This document shows, one piece after another, positions 36,101-42,070 of a stretch of 44,693 nucleotides of DNA. Source of the stretch: Amoebophrya sp. A120. Taxonomy: Eukaryota > Protista > Dinoflagellata. The stretch lies in assembly GCA_905178155.1 (NCBI GenBank), contig CAJINV010000026.1:64973-109665 (forward strand), written 5' to 3'. How positions within the stretch are numbered: the first letter of the stretch is position 1; each line of letters opens with the position of its first letter. The notes beneath the pieces were generated by a model, which did no database searches, had not been told where the DNA came from, and was given only the letters and a program-made list of their open reading frames with translations. The translations under genes were made by a program, and so were the position numbers.

Positions 36101-39100
36101 TCCTCGAATGTTTCCCTTTCCACGCAAATTTTCTGCTTTTCGAACAGCTTGTAGCCCGCACTCGTTTTGTCGGGGAGTAAGTTCGTTCCGGGATTTGTCG
36201 AGAACTTTGCCTTTTCCCGCAACACTTTTTCAAAGTGCGACGCGAGAAAGGGGTCGAGCTTTTCTTCGTAGAAAGTCGCGAGGGAAGGGGTCGGGATCAA
36301 AAGTCTGCTATCAAATGTAAAAATGTCTGGGTCTGGAAGAGTGCTACACTTCTCATGCATATTTTGCATGACTCAGGATGTCTGTAATGCATGATCTAGC
36401 ATCACAAATTTTGTGACGGCTTCCTGATGCCTCTACCGCATGAGAAATGCCATTTCGCCGTGGCAAAAACTGGACCCCTTTTGCTGTCCATGCAATACAG
36501 ATTTTTGTATTATCCAAATGCAGCATCACAAGCTGCATTCTTCCAGACCCAGACATTTTTGCATTTGATATCTGCTCTCGCGGTCGAGGTGGAGCGAGCC
36601 ACTACCTGTTCCAAAGCGGCTCTGGTCGTAGTCGTGGTGATATGCATTGCAAAAATATCGTACTCGTATAAATGCATTACAAATTTCCCCAGCATGAGAA
36701 ATGAAATTTGTCATGCGGATTTACCGCAAGAAAAAAATTTGTAATGCATGACTGCGATTACTACGAGTACGATACTTTTGCACAGGATAGGTGATCGTGG
36801 TCGCCGATGTGATGTTGTCCGCCAGCAAGATGATGAACCCCACCTACAGTATCATTACACCCTCCGCAGAAAATCGAAAATGCCCTCGGCAGCAGCCGGT
36901 ACAGAAAGCGTACTAACGAGAGTGCGAAGAGACCGATGTGGCCTGGCCCGAGCAGCCGCGAGTCGAGGTTGAACTGTAGAGATTTGTCGAACATTCTCAG
37001 TTTCAATGCGTCATCTCGGCTTTTATCGGCGGAGGGAAGGATAGCAGCCAACCGGTTTTCCAAACCGTGAACAGTGTTTGATGCTTGCTCGTCCCCCGTC
37101 GCTTCTAGTACAGACGCAAAAATTTCTGCCTTGTCAGACCCCGGCTCCGGCTCCTTTTTTCCTAGATTTTCTGCCGCTAGTGCAATCAGCGTTTCTTCCA
37201 CAAGTGGCCGGATATTGGTGCAGGAGGAATTCCTGCTCCCGCGATTTTTAAACGCAGCTGTCGTCGTGCGACCTGGAGTCGACGTCCTTACTGCTGCGAC
37301 TTGCGCTTGCCCCATCACGTGGAAGTTATTTTGCAGGAGAATTTTCTGCTCCCTTCTCAGCAAAAATTCCCAGTATTCCAGCGCCGCAGCAGAGAGACCC
37401 TCGTCGCAGGACAAGCTCGCTTTTAGGAGGTTTGGTAGGTTTTTTGGCAATAGAAAGATCTTCGAGTTGATCATGTGCTGGTCATCTATATCGAGTTGTG
37501 TTGCGGTATTCATCGTCATCCCTTGGTGTTGAAAACCTTTCATCTCGCGGAGAAGGTTTGCGACGCCGGATAAAGACTTTTCAACCTGCTCGCCAACATC
37601 CCCACCTCCACCGGGAATCAGCTTGTAGAAAGACTTCAGTGCGTTTCTCGTTTCAATCTTCTCATCGTGGATAATATTTACATCGAGAAACGTTTTCCAA
37701 CAGATCTGCTGGGTCAGGGAAACAACTGCGAGCGCCTCCTTTTTCTTTTGAAAGGTAATCAGCTTGTGCTGCATGTTGTCGGTTGATGCAGCCGCGCCGC
37801 CAGGACGACGAGTCGTTGTTGTTCCGAGCGTTTGCCACAGCGACCCGTCACAGGCCGCGTACAACCCGTGCGAAGGCGTGGCGCAATTGGTCAGAAAATC
37901 GTCCAAGCTGTGGAGAATGGTGGATAAATTCAGCTTATCCCCAACGTGGATCCTTTTCTTCTTCACCTGAGCGAGTCTGTGGGTGATCAGCTTTTTCAGG
38001 ATCTTGAACAGGCTGAAAAGCTGGTGCTCGGGCGGCCGGGAGGCGGACAGGTGAGGACCACTGGACGTCAAGAGCTGGCTTGATGTTCTTGTTTCTCTGT
38101 CCACGCTAGACTTATCCTGGTCGTGCTGCCCAACGACCGCAGAAGTACTAGCAGGTCCTACGGAGTCACTAAAATCCAACATCTTGCAGCGCTGAATCTC
38201 CGCAATTTTGCACAGGTATCCCATCTGGTCGTTCAAGAATTCATCTAAAAACTCACTTTCAGAAAAACCGTTGTTCGCCCCGGTATTGTCTTTGTCGTCA
38301 GGGAAAACGAAGAAAACCGCGTTCACCGCGTGAAACAGCGCTTCAATCAGCGAGAATGTCATGCCTTCTGTCGCGGGACCTCTTGGGTAGAGGTGGAGCT
38401 TTTTAGTACCGCCAGCATCAAGAACTCCCGTAGTACCTCTGTGGAGGCATTTCCTGTGCTGCTTCTGCACCTTCTTCTTTTCCTTCCCGAAAAGAGCCAG
38501 AACGCAGTGCAATACTTCAAGCAAAATGTCCGTGGCTGAAGTTTTTCGCATCACCGATTTGTTCTTCTTGGCGTAGAGGTTCTCGTCGATTCGGATCAGT
38601 TCGGAGTTACTTTGAGCATTGGTGCCAGGCTTTCGAACCAAATCAGCAACCACTGCAGTGTTGGTCGAAGTGCCGGGGAAGAGACTCGCGGAGAAAGAAG
38701 AACTGGCCTGCTCGGATTTCTTGGTCTTCTCCCGATGAACTTGTTCCGCATTTGAAAAATCCAGACCAACGCGCTCGATCTGCAATTTTCCCCCAAACGG
38801 GAGTTTATCCGATTTGAATTCGCGGCAGATCATGGTGATTAGGTCGGAGATGCGGATCATGGCGTTTTCCAAATTCGTCTTGAAAAGCGAGATCTTCTGG
38901 TCGACTTTACCCTGCCCGCCCTGCCCCCCGCCCTTCCGGCTGGTCGGGAGGTTCGCGAAGAGGTGGGTGAAGCTGATGGCTTTGCCCAGGCCTCGTTTTT
39001 CCAGAAGCTCCTGCTGCTTCGCAGTATTGGATGCACTAGACGAATTGTTGCTGGACGCACTACTAGTACTCGCGATCAGGCTGTTGACGATAAACGGCTC

Positions 39101-42070
39101 TTGGAGAAGCTTGGCAGATCGGGTGAAGAAGAGCATGGATTCGAGACCACTAGAACTACCACAACCGTGGCCGTTGGAGTCTTCGTCGGTGAAGATATTG
39201 TCGTCTTTGGCTTCTCTATTCATCTTTACGTCGTTGAACTTTGTGAACTCCAGCTCGGAGTTTATGCCGAAGTCGTGGTCACCAGCAAAATTCCGATACC
39301 CTGAGTAAAAACGTCCCCACGCCAAAGTTGTAATGCAGATTTGCAAAGACAGCAAGACTTGTAATGCGCATCCCCATGAGAGGCATTTCCAATCGGGTTT
39401 TGGAATTTGTGATGCTGTGAACAGGATGAGCAGACGAATCTGTGATGCGGCTGCACTTGCTAGCCTGCACTAAACTGCAGAGTGCAACTTGTCATGCGTG
39501 ACTCACAAAACTCCTAGGTTTGTGTTGCAAAATCCCCATCCTGACTCTGGTGTGGGTACGTTTTTACTCAGGATATCCGACCGGATTTCTTCTTGTTCCC
39601 CTGAAAAATATGCTCGGGGACTTTCAGTTTTGGTGGGTGCTTTTTCTGCAGCAAGTCAATGTTACCGTGGCGTACGTAAAGAATTCGCAACTTGGAAATC
39701 GCCTCGACGCAGTCTATGCATTGCAAATATGTCTGGGTCTGGAAGCGCGGAAGTTTGTCATGCTCGGCTAGCATGACTCTCAAATGTGTCTTGCACGTTA
39801 CTTACCCCAAAGCTCCAACTTTCTGTCATGCAAAAAGGCAGCTTGTCATGCTGAATAGACAACACGTAGCAAATCATAAACTTGTCATGCTGAGCCGTCA
39901 CTTGTGGCATCCTCATGATTCGCCACTCAGCATCACAAATCTCCAGACTCAGACATTTTTGCAATCCATACAGTCCTCCAGCAGGCAATACACCAGATTC
40001 GACGTGTTGAAGCTGGTCGCCGTGCTGGAATCGTCCGCCAAATTGTGTTCGATATGAACTGCAAAAGTATCGAACTCGTAGTAATTGCAGTCATGCATTT
40101 ACAAATCTTTTCTCTTGAAGTAGATCCGCATTACAAATCTTATTTCTCACGCTGAAGAAATTTGTAATGCATTTATACGAATACGATGCTTTTGCAGTTC
40201 ATATTCGATGTGAAACAACAAATTTACCAGGACCTGCACGACCAATTCCGGTCGGTACTGCTGGGAAACCGGTAGAACTGCTTCCGCGATGTGGGCCGAA
40301 GCGTTGGCAATGGGCGGCTGCAGTATCTCGTGCCGCAAGTAGAAATTGTCTTCCTCGGCGGGGAGACTCTGCTGGTAGAACAACCTGACGGAAATGTGGA
40401 AGCGTTGCGTTTTTGATTTTTTCGATTAGAAGAGTAATTCGCGACTTAGTTCTGAAAAGAAACTTATGGTTAGAACCCGACCTGACTCTGATGCTTTTTA
40501 TATCAACATGCTTTTTTCAAAAAATGTTTATTCCATAAAATGCTTTTCATCTTATTTCAACGGTCGAGCTATATTTTTCTAATTTTCACTTTCCGCTCGG
40601 GGAAGGTGAATAAAATGATTCAAAAAATGCTTCAATGCATGAGGGCTGCAGCAGATGCAGGCTTGAACGCTGTAGCCGTCACGCACAGATACAATATCGT
40701 GCGAATCATACCCTCGCGATTTGAGATTTTAAAAATCAAAGACCATACCGTGGAACGCTACATACCCTCGCGATTCCACTTTTCGTATTTTTCGCGATGA
40801 AAATTTTTAAGTACTATATAAGAAAACTTCATACCTTCCATACCCCGGCAGCGCTTTCAAAATGCAGTAGGCCATGAAGGCGGGGAGGTTCAAGCTCGTG
40901 AATACTTCTTTGCCCTGTTCGAGAAAGTCTTTCATCAAACACAAGCACTTCGCCGCATTATGGTGTTTGACTTCCACTTCCAGCTGTGTTGCGGTACTTG
41001 CAGCGTTATCGCATGTCCTGTTTTCCTCCTGTGCAGCTCCAAAACCCGCACCACCTCCCACGACCGGTTGTTGCGGCGGCGCCTTGTAGAAGGGTGCGTA
41101 TTCAAAGGCGTAGCGGAAGAGAACGTTTTTCACGATGATTTTTTTCAAACTGCTATCCTGAGCAAAAACGTCCCACCCCAGAGTCAGGATGGGGATTTTG
41201 CAACACAAAGCTAGGAGTTTTGGGAGTCACGCATGACAAATTGCGCTCCGCAGTGTAGTGCAGGTTAGCAAGTGCAGCCGCGTCACAGATTCATCTGCTC
41301 ATCCTGTTCACAGCATCACAAATTCCAATACACGATTGGAAATGGCTCTCATGCGGATGCGCATTACAAGTCTCCCTGTCTTTGCAAATCTGCATTACAA
41401 CTCTGGTGTGGGGACTTTTTTACTCAGGATAGCTGCTTCGAATCGCACTCGTGGAATTCAGATTGTTATCCGCATTTATCGCGTTGTAGTCCACGAGATC
41501 CCCCCCGTTCATCTTCTCAATGGCGGACACCAATTTCTCCGCGTCCAGGTTCAACGGGAGCTTGTAGCAAGAGTCTGGAATCGACTCGTCAAACAGCTCC
41601 GTGATCTGCGGCCAGTTTTCCGGAACCTTCCACCCCGTCGTGCTACAGGTGGGCGGCTTCGCGATGCCCGGAGCGGTTGCGCTGGCGATATAGCCAGTTG
41701 TAGCACCTCCTGGTGGTGGTGGCTTCATCGTGTTCTTAACATTGTTCGCAGCTGCTGTAGGTGCTGACAATGAAGATGTTGCGCCAAGAAGCTGTGGGGT
41801 CGACGAGCCCTGCTCGGTAGTCTGGAGATTTTTAGTTTTAGCACCACCACGACCCGCACTGCTGCTGCTACTACTAGTACCGCTAGTACCACTACCCGCA
41901 GCCTGCTTCGACGCCTTCCTTTTCGATCCAGATGGTTGCGCCGGTTGAGCTTTTTTTCCTGTTGCTTCTTTAGAAACATTGCGACTGGACTTTCCGGAAG
42001 CCGTTCCGCCGCGAGCGCCTGGCGGGGGGTCGGGCCCGTCGCTCCGCCCGCTCCCGGAGTTGGAAGTCAT
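1..42070 (-). CDS. ATR: Giant multi-exon ATR/Mec1/Rad3-like PIKK kinase gene (HEAT region and part of FAT domain; 3' end and kinase domain lie beyond position 1)
   Basis: ATR-like motifs in the expected order: LCASVFGLVGAMD, YHYAAQQILKVL, FSEDVKKQLLPFLTSSY, IFIGCYPVIKTHNLALARYLAPFLLRIIL, LVQAAERIGAHARALLYLE, AAEAAWRLSSWDTL, FQVQIGKCLL..FYDLL..SYERVYPTLIKLHALADL (compare human ATR as recalled: EAAWKLSQWDLV, WSVRLGQLLL..FYDSL..SYQRGYEYIVRLHMLCELE). Exons in transcript order, each including flanking 5-bp repeat copies: 41432-42070, 40835-41153, 40204-40384, 39971-40052, 39576-39714, 36790-39296, 36571-36640, 35679-36308, 35431-35523, 35103-35169, 34824-34941, 33244-34674, 32797-32930, 31374-31696, 30513-31210, 29822-29881, 29531-29569, 29054-29212, 28318-28897, 27967-28102, 27579-27697, 27083-27408, 26709-26758, 26411-26446, 25631-26128, 25204-25415, 24925-25007, 24157-24684, 23813-23859, 23365-23474, 23061-23131, 22301-22806, 18838-19402, 18439-18622, 17718-17830, 17394-17441, 16508-17154, ~16148-16233, 13820-14008, 13536-13600, 13108-13153, 12828-12898, 12325-12562, ~11278-12030, 8665-8917, 8336-8399, 8020-8119, 6888-7739, 6599-6652, 6267-6322, 5813-5999, 5197-5548, 3497-3534, 2881-3164, 2548-2729, 2131-2295, 1818-1866, 1116-1555, 674-897, 171-390. 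Confidence 0.85.
391..673. mobile_element. TIR introner, family B
   Basis: TATCATTTGTAAAAACGTCCCCAC...; direct repeat (DR) GCTTC/GCTTC. Confidence 0.9.
898..1115. mobile_element. TIR introner, family C
   Basis: TATGCAGAAAAGAAACTG...CAGTGTTTTTCTTGGATA; DR TAAGA/TCAAA; frame restored. Confidence 0.85.
1116..1555 (-). CDS. ATR: FAT-domain exon (FQVQIGKCLL...SYERVYPTLIKLHALADL)
   Basis: Core of ORF 1093..1644; strongest ATR-like motif in the window. Confidence 0.9.
1556..1817. mobile_element. TIR introner, family A
   Basis: TGTCTGGGTCTGGA TIRs; DR AGTTG/GGTTC; frame restored. Confidence 0.88.
1867..2130. mobile_element. TIR introner, family A
   Basis: DR TTCTG/TTCTG. Confidence 0.9.
2296..2547. 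mobile_element. TIR introner, family A
   Basis: DR GGATT/GGATC; interior similar to 22807-23060 and 39715-39970. Confidence 0.9.
2730..2880. mobile_element. TIR introner, family D
   Basis: TATGCATTGCAAAAGCATCG...CGATACTTTTGCACAGGATA; DR CGAGG/CAAGA. Confidence 0.88.
3165..3496. mobile_element. TIR introner, family E
   Basis: TATCAAAATGAAAAATCCCCCCTCCC...; DR CTGTG/CTGTG; frame restored. Confidence 0.9.
3535..5196 (-). other. Canonical GT-AG intron containing the 376-bp repeat
   Basis: CTAG|GTATTC...TATCAG|GTCC; in-frame join ...LSRSAGNSAQ. Confidence 0.75.
3735..4958. repeat. Tandem repeat, 376-bp unit, about 3.2 copies
   Basis: Equivalent ORF starts at 3945, 4321 and 4697. Confidence 0.92.
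5549..5812. mobile_element. TIR introner, family C-like, with degenerate DR
   Basis: TATCGTGCGAAAAAAG...TTTCTTTGCGATA; DR CGCGA/TTGCA (1 of 5) but 5-bp removal restores frame. Confidence 0.75.
6000..6266. mobile_element. TIR introner, family A
   Basis: DR GTGTG/GTGTG. Confidence 0.9.
6323..6598. mobile_element. TIR introner, family B
   Basis: DR AAGTC/AAGTC. Confidence 0.9.
6653..6887. mobile_element. TIR introner, family F
   Basis: TATGGGGCTCTCAAACGTTACATTTTCAACTGTTACATGA with inverted counterpart; DR AGGAC/AGGAC. Confidence 0.9.
6888..7739 (-). CDS. ATR: Q/G/P/N-rich low-complexity exon inserted within the FAT domain
   Basis: Core of ORF 6678..7808; in-frame joins translated through 6599-6652, 6267-6322, 5813-5999 and 5197-5548. 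Confidence 0.8.
7740..8019. mobile_element. TIR introner, family E
   Basis: DR CTGGC/ATGGC. Confidence 0.88.
8120..8335. mobile_element. TIR introner, family C-like
   Basis: TATCAAGAGAAAAAAG...CTTTTTTCCTGTGATA; DR GGAGA/GGAGA. Confidence 0.88.
8400..8664. mobile_element. TIR introner, family A (right end GTA)
   Basis: DR GGATG/GGATG. Confidence 0.9.
8665..8917 (-). CDS. ATR: FAT-domain exon (AAEAAWRLSSWDTL)
   Basis: Frame of ORF 8579..8806, open back to CAATAG| at 8918. Confidence 0.85.
9084..9378. repeat. 120-bp repeat built of CGACAAAAACC subunits, ending in a perfect 27-bp-arm hairpin
   Basis: Units near 9084, 9204 and 9324; arms 9323-9349 and 9352-9378. Confidence 0.88.
9381..10890. 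repeat. Tandem repeat, 128-bp unit, about 12 copies
   Basis: AAAATCGCCGGGCTCCGA at 9391, 9519, 9647...; the unit holds the palindrome CGATTCTCAGCGCTGAGAATCG. Confidence 0.95.
11278..12030 (-). CDS. ATR: FAT-domain exon (ELQEKWQDALHLY...GVVRCLLASRHY)
   Basis: ORF 11230..12030; donor position approximate. Confidence 0.8.
12031..12324. mobile_element. TIR introner, family F
   Basis: DR GTCAA/GTCAA. Confidence 0.88.
12563..12827. mobile_element. TIR introner, family A
   Basis: DR GCCGG/GCCGC. Confidence 0.9.
12899..13107. mobile_element. TIR introner, family C
   Basis: DR CTTCT/CTTCT. Confidence 0.9.
13154..13535. mobile_element. TIR introner, family A, with nested 110-bp insertion
   Basis: DR AGGCC/AGGCC; insert 13199-13308 flanked by CTTCTTG repeats. 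Confidence 0.9.
13601..13819. mobile_element. TIR introner, family G (left end TGT)
   Basis: TGTGAGAGTGCAC...GTGCACTCTCATA; DR CGCCC/CGCCC. Confidence 0.88.
13820..14008 (-). CDS. ATR: Exon at the start of the FAT domain (LVQAAERIGAHARALLYLE)
   Basis: Hand translation, frame not shown in the ORF track; resembles the ATR LAxASFRSKAYTRAVMHFE segment. Confidence 0.85.
14009..16147 (-). other. Probable canonical intron containing the 84-bp satellite
   Basis: Acceptor TAACAAG|GTTG follows an in-frame stop; donor uncertain; extra exons in 15050-16150 not excluded. Confidence 0.45.
14069..15041. repeat. Tandem repeat, 84-bp unit, about 11.5 copies
   Basis: ACTTCCTGAAGCGC at 14081, 14165, 14249...15005; 13-bp stem TTTTCCAGATCGG/CCGATCTGGAAAA. 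Confidence 0.95.
16234..16507. mobile_element. TIR introner, family F
   Basis: TATGACCTGCTCA...TGAGCAAGGCATA; DR TTCGC/TTCGC. Confidence 0.88.
16508..17154 (-). CDS. ATR: Exon with IFIGCYPVIKTHNLALARYLAPFLLRIIL
   Basis: Frame of ORF 16432..17004 is open to element 17155-17393. Confidence 0.85.
17155..17393. mobile_element. TIR introner, divergent C-like
   Basis: Weak TIR; DR CCGAA/CCGAA; frame restored (KFGNDKS). Confidence 0.8.
17442..17717. mobile_element. TIR introner, family A
   Basis: DR CGGAG/CGGAG. Confidence 0.9.
17831..18438. mobile_element. TIR introner, family D, with nested ~450-bp insertion
   Basis: DR AATCG/AATCG; family D sequence interrupted at about 17876-18322. Confidence 0.88.
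18623..18837. mobile_element. TIR introner, divergent C-like
   Basis: TATGCAAGGATAATTTC...GAAATTTTCTCTTGGATA; DR GTCGC/GCCGT; frame restored. Confidence 0.78.
18838..19402 (-). CDS. ATR: Exon with YHYAAQQILKVL (ATR AYALQELL-like)
   Basis: Core of ORF 18774..19493; acceptor ACATAG|CGG inferred. Confidence 0.78.
19403..22300 (-). other. Canonical GT-AG intron containing the 149-bp satellite
   Basis: GCTA|GTGCCA...ACATAG|CGG; phases match; alternative sites possible. Confidence 0.55.
19632..22180. repeat. Tandem repeat, 149-bp unit, about 17 near-identical copies
   Basis: Identical ORFs recur every 149 bp (19877, 20026, 20175...). Confidence 0.97.
22301..22806 (-). CDS. ATR: Exon with LCASVFGLVGAMD (ATR CLGELGAIDP-like)
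   Basis: Frame of ORF 22227..22583 is open back to element 22807-23060. Confidence 0.8.
22807..23060. mobile_element. TIR introner, family A
   Basis: DR TCGTG/TCGTG. Confidence 0.9.
23132..23364. mobile_element. TIR introner, family A (left end CAT)
   Basis: DR TTTCG/TTTCG. Confidence 0.88.
23475..23812. mobile_element. TIR introner, family B
   Basis: DR GCGGG/GCGGG. Confidence 0.9.
23860..24156. mobile_element. TIR introner, family B (diverged)
   Basis: DR CGTAA/CGTAA. Confidence 0.88.
24157..24684 (-). CDS. ATR: Exon of the ATR-like gene
   Basis: Core of ORF 24149..24790; I translated in-frame joins through 23813-23859, 23365-23474, 23061-23131 and 22301-22806. Confidence 0.82.
24685..24924. 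mobile_element. TIR introner, family G
   Basis: TATGAGAGTGCA...TGCACTTTCATA; DR CTTTG/CTTCA; frame restored. Confidence 0.85.
25008..25203. mobile_element. TIR introner, family D-like, with internal ~39-bp tandem duplication
   Basis: DR CGGCT/CGGCT; ATGAAAGCCGCTTGCACAAGAAGACATACAGTTTGTCAT twice. Confidence 0.88.
25416..25630. mobile_element. TIR introner, family C
   Basis: DR TTGCA/TTGCA; close relative of 898-1115. Confidence 0.9.
25631..26128 (-). CDS. ATR: Exon of the ATR-like gene (LLEENFLYILDIFE, UME-region-like)
   Basis: Core of ORF 25466..26182; domain label is inference. Confidence 0.78.
26129..26410. mobile_element. TIR introner, family B
   Basis: DR AAAAG/AAAAG. Confidence 0.9.
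26447..26708. mobile_element. TIR introner, family A
   Basis: DR GGTCG/GGTCG. Confidence 0.9.
26759..27082. mobile_element. TIR introner, family E
   Basis: DR TGGCC/TGGCC; opposite orientation to 3165-3496. Confidence 0.9.
27083..27408 (-). CDS. ATR: Exon of the ATR-like gene (helical, FLPFILYELI...AAFQYL)
   Basis: Core of ORF 26967..27404. Confidence 0.8.
27409..27578. mobile_element. TIR introner, family D
   Basis: DR TCTTG/TCTTC. Confidence 0.86.
27698..27966. mobile_element. TIR introner, family A
   Basis: DR CGAGC/CGAAC. Confidence 0.9.
28103..28317. mobile_element. TIR introner, family C (left end TGT)
   Basis: DR GTTGT/GTTGT. Confidence 0.87.
28318..28897 (-). CDS. ATR: Exon of the ATR-like gene
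   Basis: Core of ORF 28278..28904. Confidence 0.8.
28898..29053. mobile_element. TIR introner, family D
   Basis: DR AAGCA/AAGTA. Confidence 0.87.
29213..29530. mobile_element. TIR introner, family E
   Basis: DR ATGAA/TTGAA. Confidence 0.88.
29570..29821. mobile_element. TIR introner, family A
   Basis: DR CCATG/CCATG. Confidence 0.9.
29946..30305. repeat. Degenerate 21-bp GGTTCC(G/T)AACT repeat organised as a 192-bp duplication
   Basis: CCGATGGTTCCTAACTAAGAT near 29946 and 30138. Confidence 0.82.
30324..30434. repeat. Two abutting perfect palindromes (34-bp and 21-bp arms)
   Basis: 30324-30357/30359-30392 and 30392-30412/30414-30434. Confidence 0.92.
30513..31210 (-). CDS. ATR: Exon of the ATR-like gene
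   Basis: In frame with ORF 31264..31692 after removing element 31211-31373 plus 5 bp; includes ORF 30412..31068; donor GGAG|GTCTC inferred from phase. Confidence 0.7.
31211..31373. mobile_element. TIR introner, family D
   Basis: DR AAAAA/AAAAA; frame restored. Confidence 0.88.
31697..32796. mobile_element. TIR introner, family B, with nested ~820-bp GC-rich insertion
   Basis: TATCCTATTTGAAAACGTCCCCAC...GTGGGGACATTTTTACTCAGGATA; DR CAAAC/CAAAC. Confidence 0.88.
32931..33243. mobile_element. TIR introner, family H (single copy here)
   Basis: TATTACAGTGAAAAGTGCCCCC...GGGGGCATTTTTCATTGTAATA; DR GGCTG/GGCTG. Confidence 0.9.
33244..34674 (-). CDS. ATR: Large exon of the ATR-like gene
   Basis: Core of ORF 33233..34783 between TIR elements. 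Confidence 0.85.
34675..34823. mobile_element. TIR introner, family D
   Basis: DR GTAAT/GTAAT. Confidence 0.9.
34942..35102. mobile_element. TIR introner, family D (opposite orientation to neighbour)
   Basis: DR GGAAG/GGATT; frame restored. Confidence 0.87.
35170..35430. mobile_element. TIR introner, family A
   Basis: DR CCTGC/CCTGC. Confidence 0.9.
35524..35678. mobile_element. TIR introner, family D
   Basis: DR TCCTT/TCCTT. Confidence 0.9.
35679..36308 (-). CDS. ATR: Exon of the ATR-like gene
   Basis: Core of ORF 35650..36369 between TIR elements. Confidence 0.8.
36309..36570. mobile_element. TIR introner, family A
   Basis: DR TCTGC/TCTGC. Confidence 0.9.
36641..36789. mobile_element. 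TIR introner, family D
   Basis: DR GGTGA/GGTGA. Confidence 0.9.
36790..39296 (-). CDS. ATR: Largest exon (about 835 codons) of the ATR-like gene
   Basis: Core of ORF 36761..39355, bounded by two TIR elements. Confidence 0.85.
39297..39575. mobile_element. TIR introner, family B (left end TAC)
   Basis: DR TCCGA/TCCGA; reverse-complement relative of 41154-41431. Confidence 0.9.
39715..39970. mobile_element. TIR introner, family A
   Basis: DR CAGTC/CAGTC. Confidence 0.9.
40053..40203. mobile_element. TIR introner, family D
   Basis: TATGAACTGCAAAAG...CTTTTGCAGTTCATA; DR TTCGA/TTCGA. Confidence 0.9.
40385..40834 (-). other. Canonical GT-AG intron, AT-rich
   Basis: GGAAG|GTATGA...CGTCAG|GTTG; phases match. 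Confidence 0.8.
41154..41431. mobile_element. TIR introner, family B
   Basis: DR ACTGC/GCTGC. Confidence 0.9.
41432..42070 (-). CDS. ATR: First coding exon (S/G/K-rich N-terminus MTSNSGSG...)
   Basis: ORF 41420..42070; ends at element 41154-41431. Confidence 0.75.

Noticed and set aside
1-42070. Pseudogene riddled with MITEs, or many small independent genes
   Set aside because: Frames were continuous without stops at all junctions translated after removing element plus 5 bp, and ATR motifs are colinear across 22 kb.
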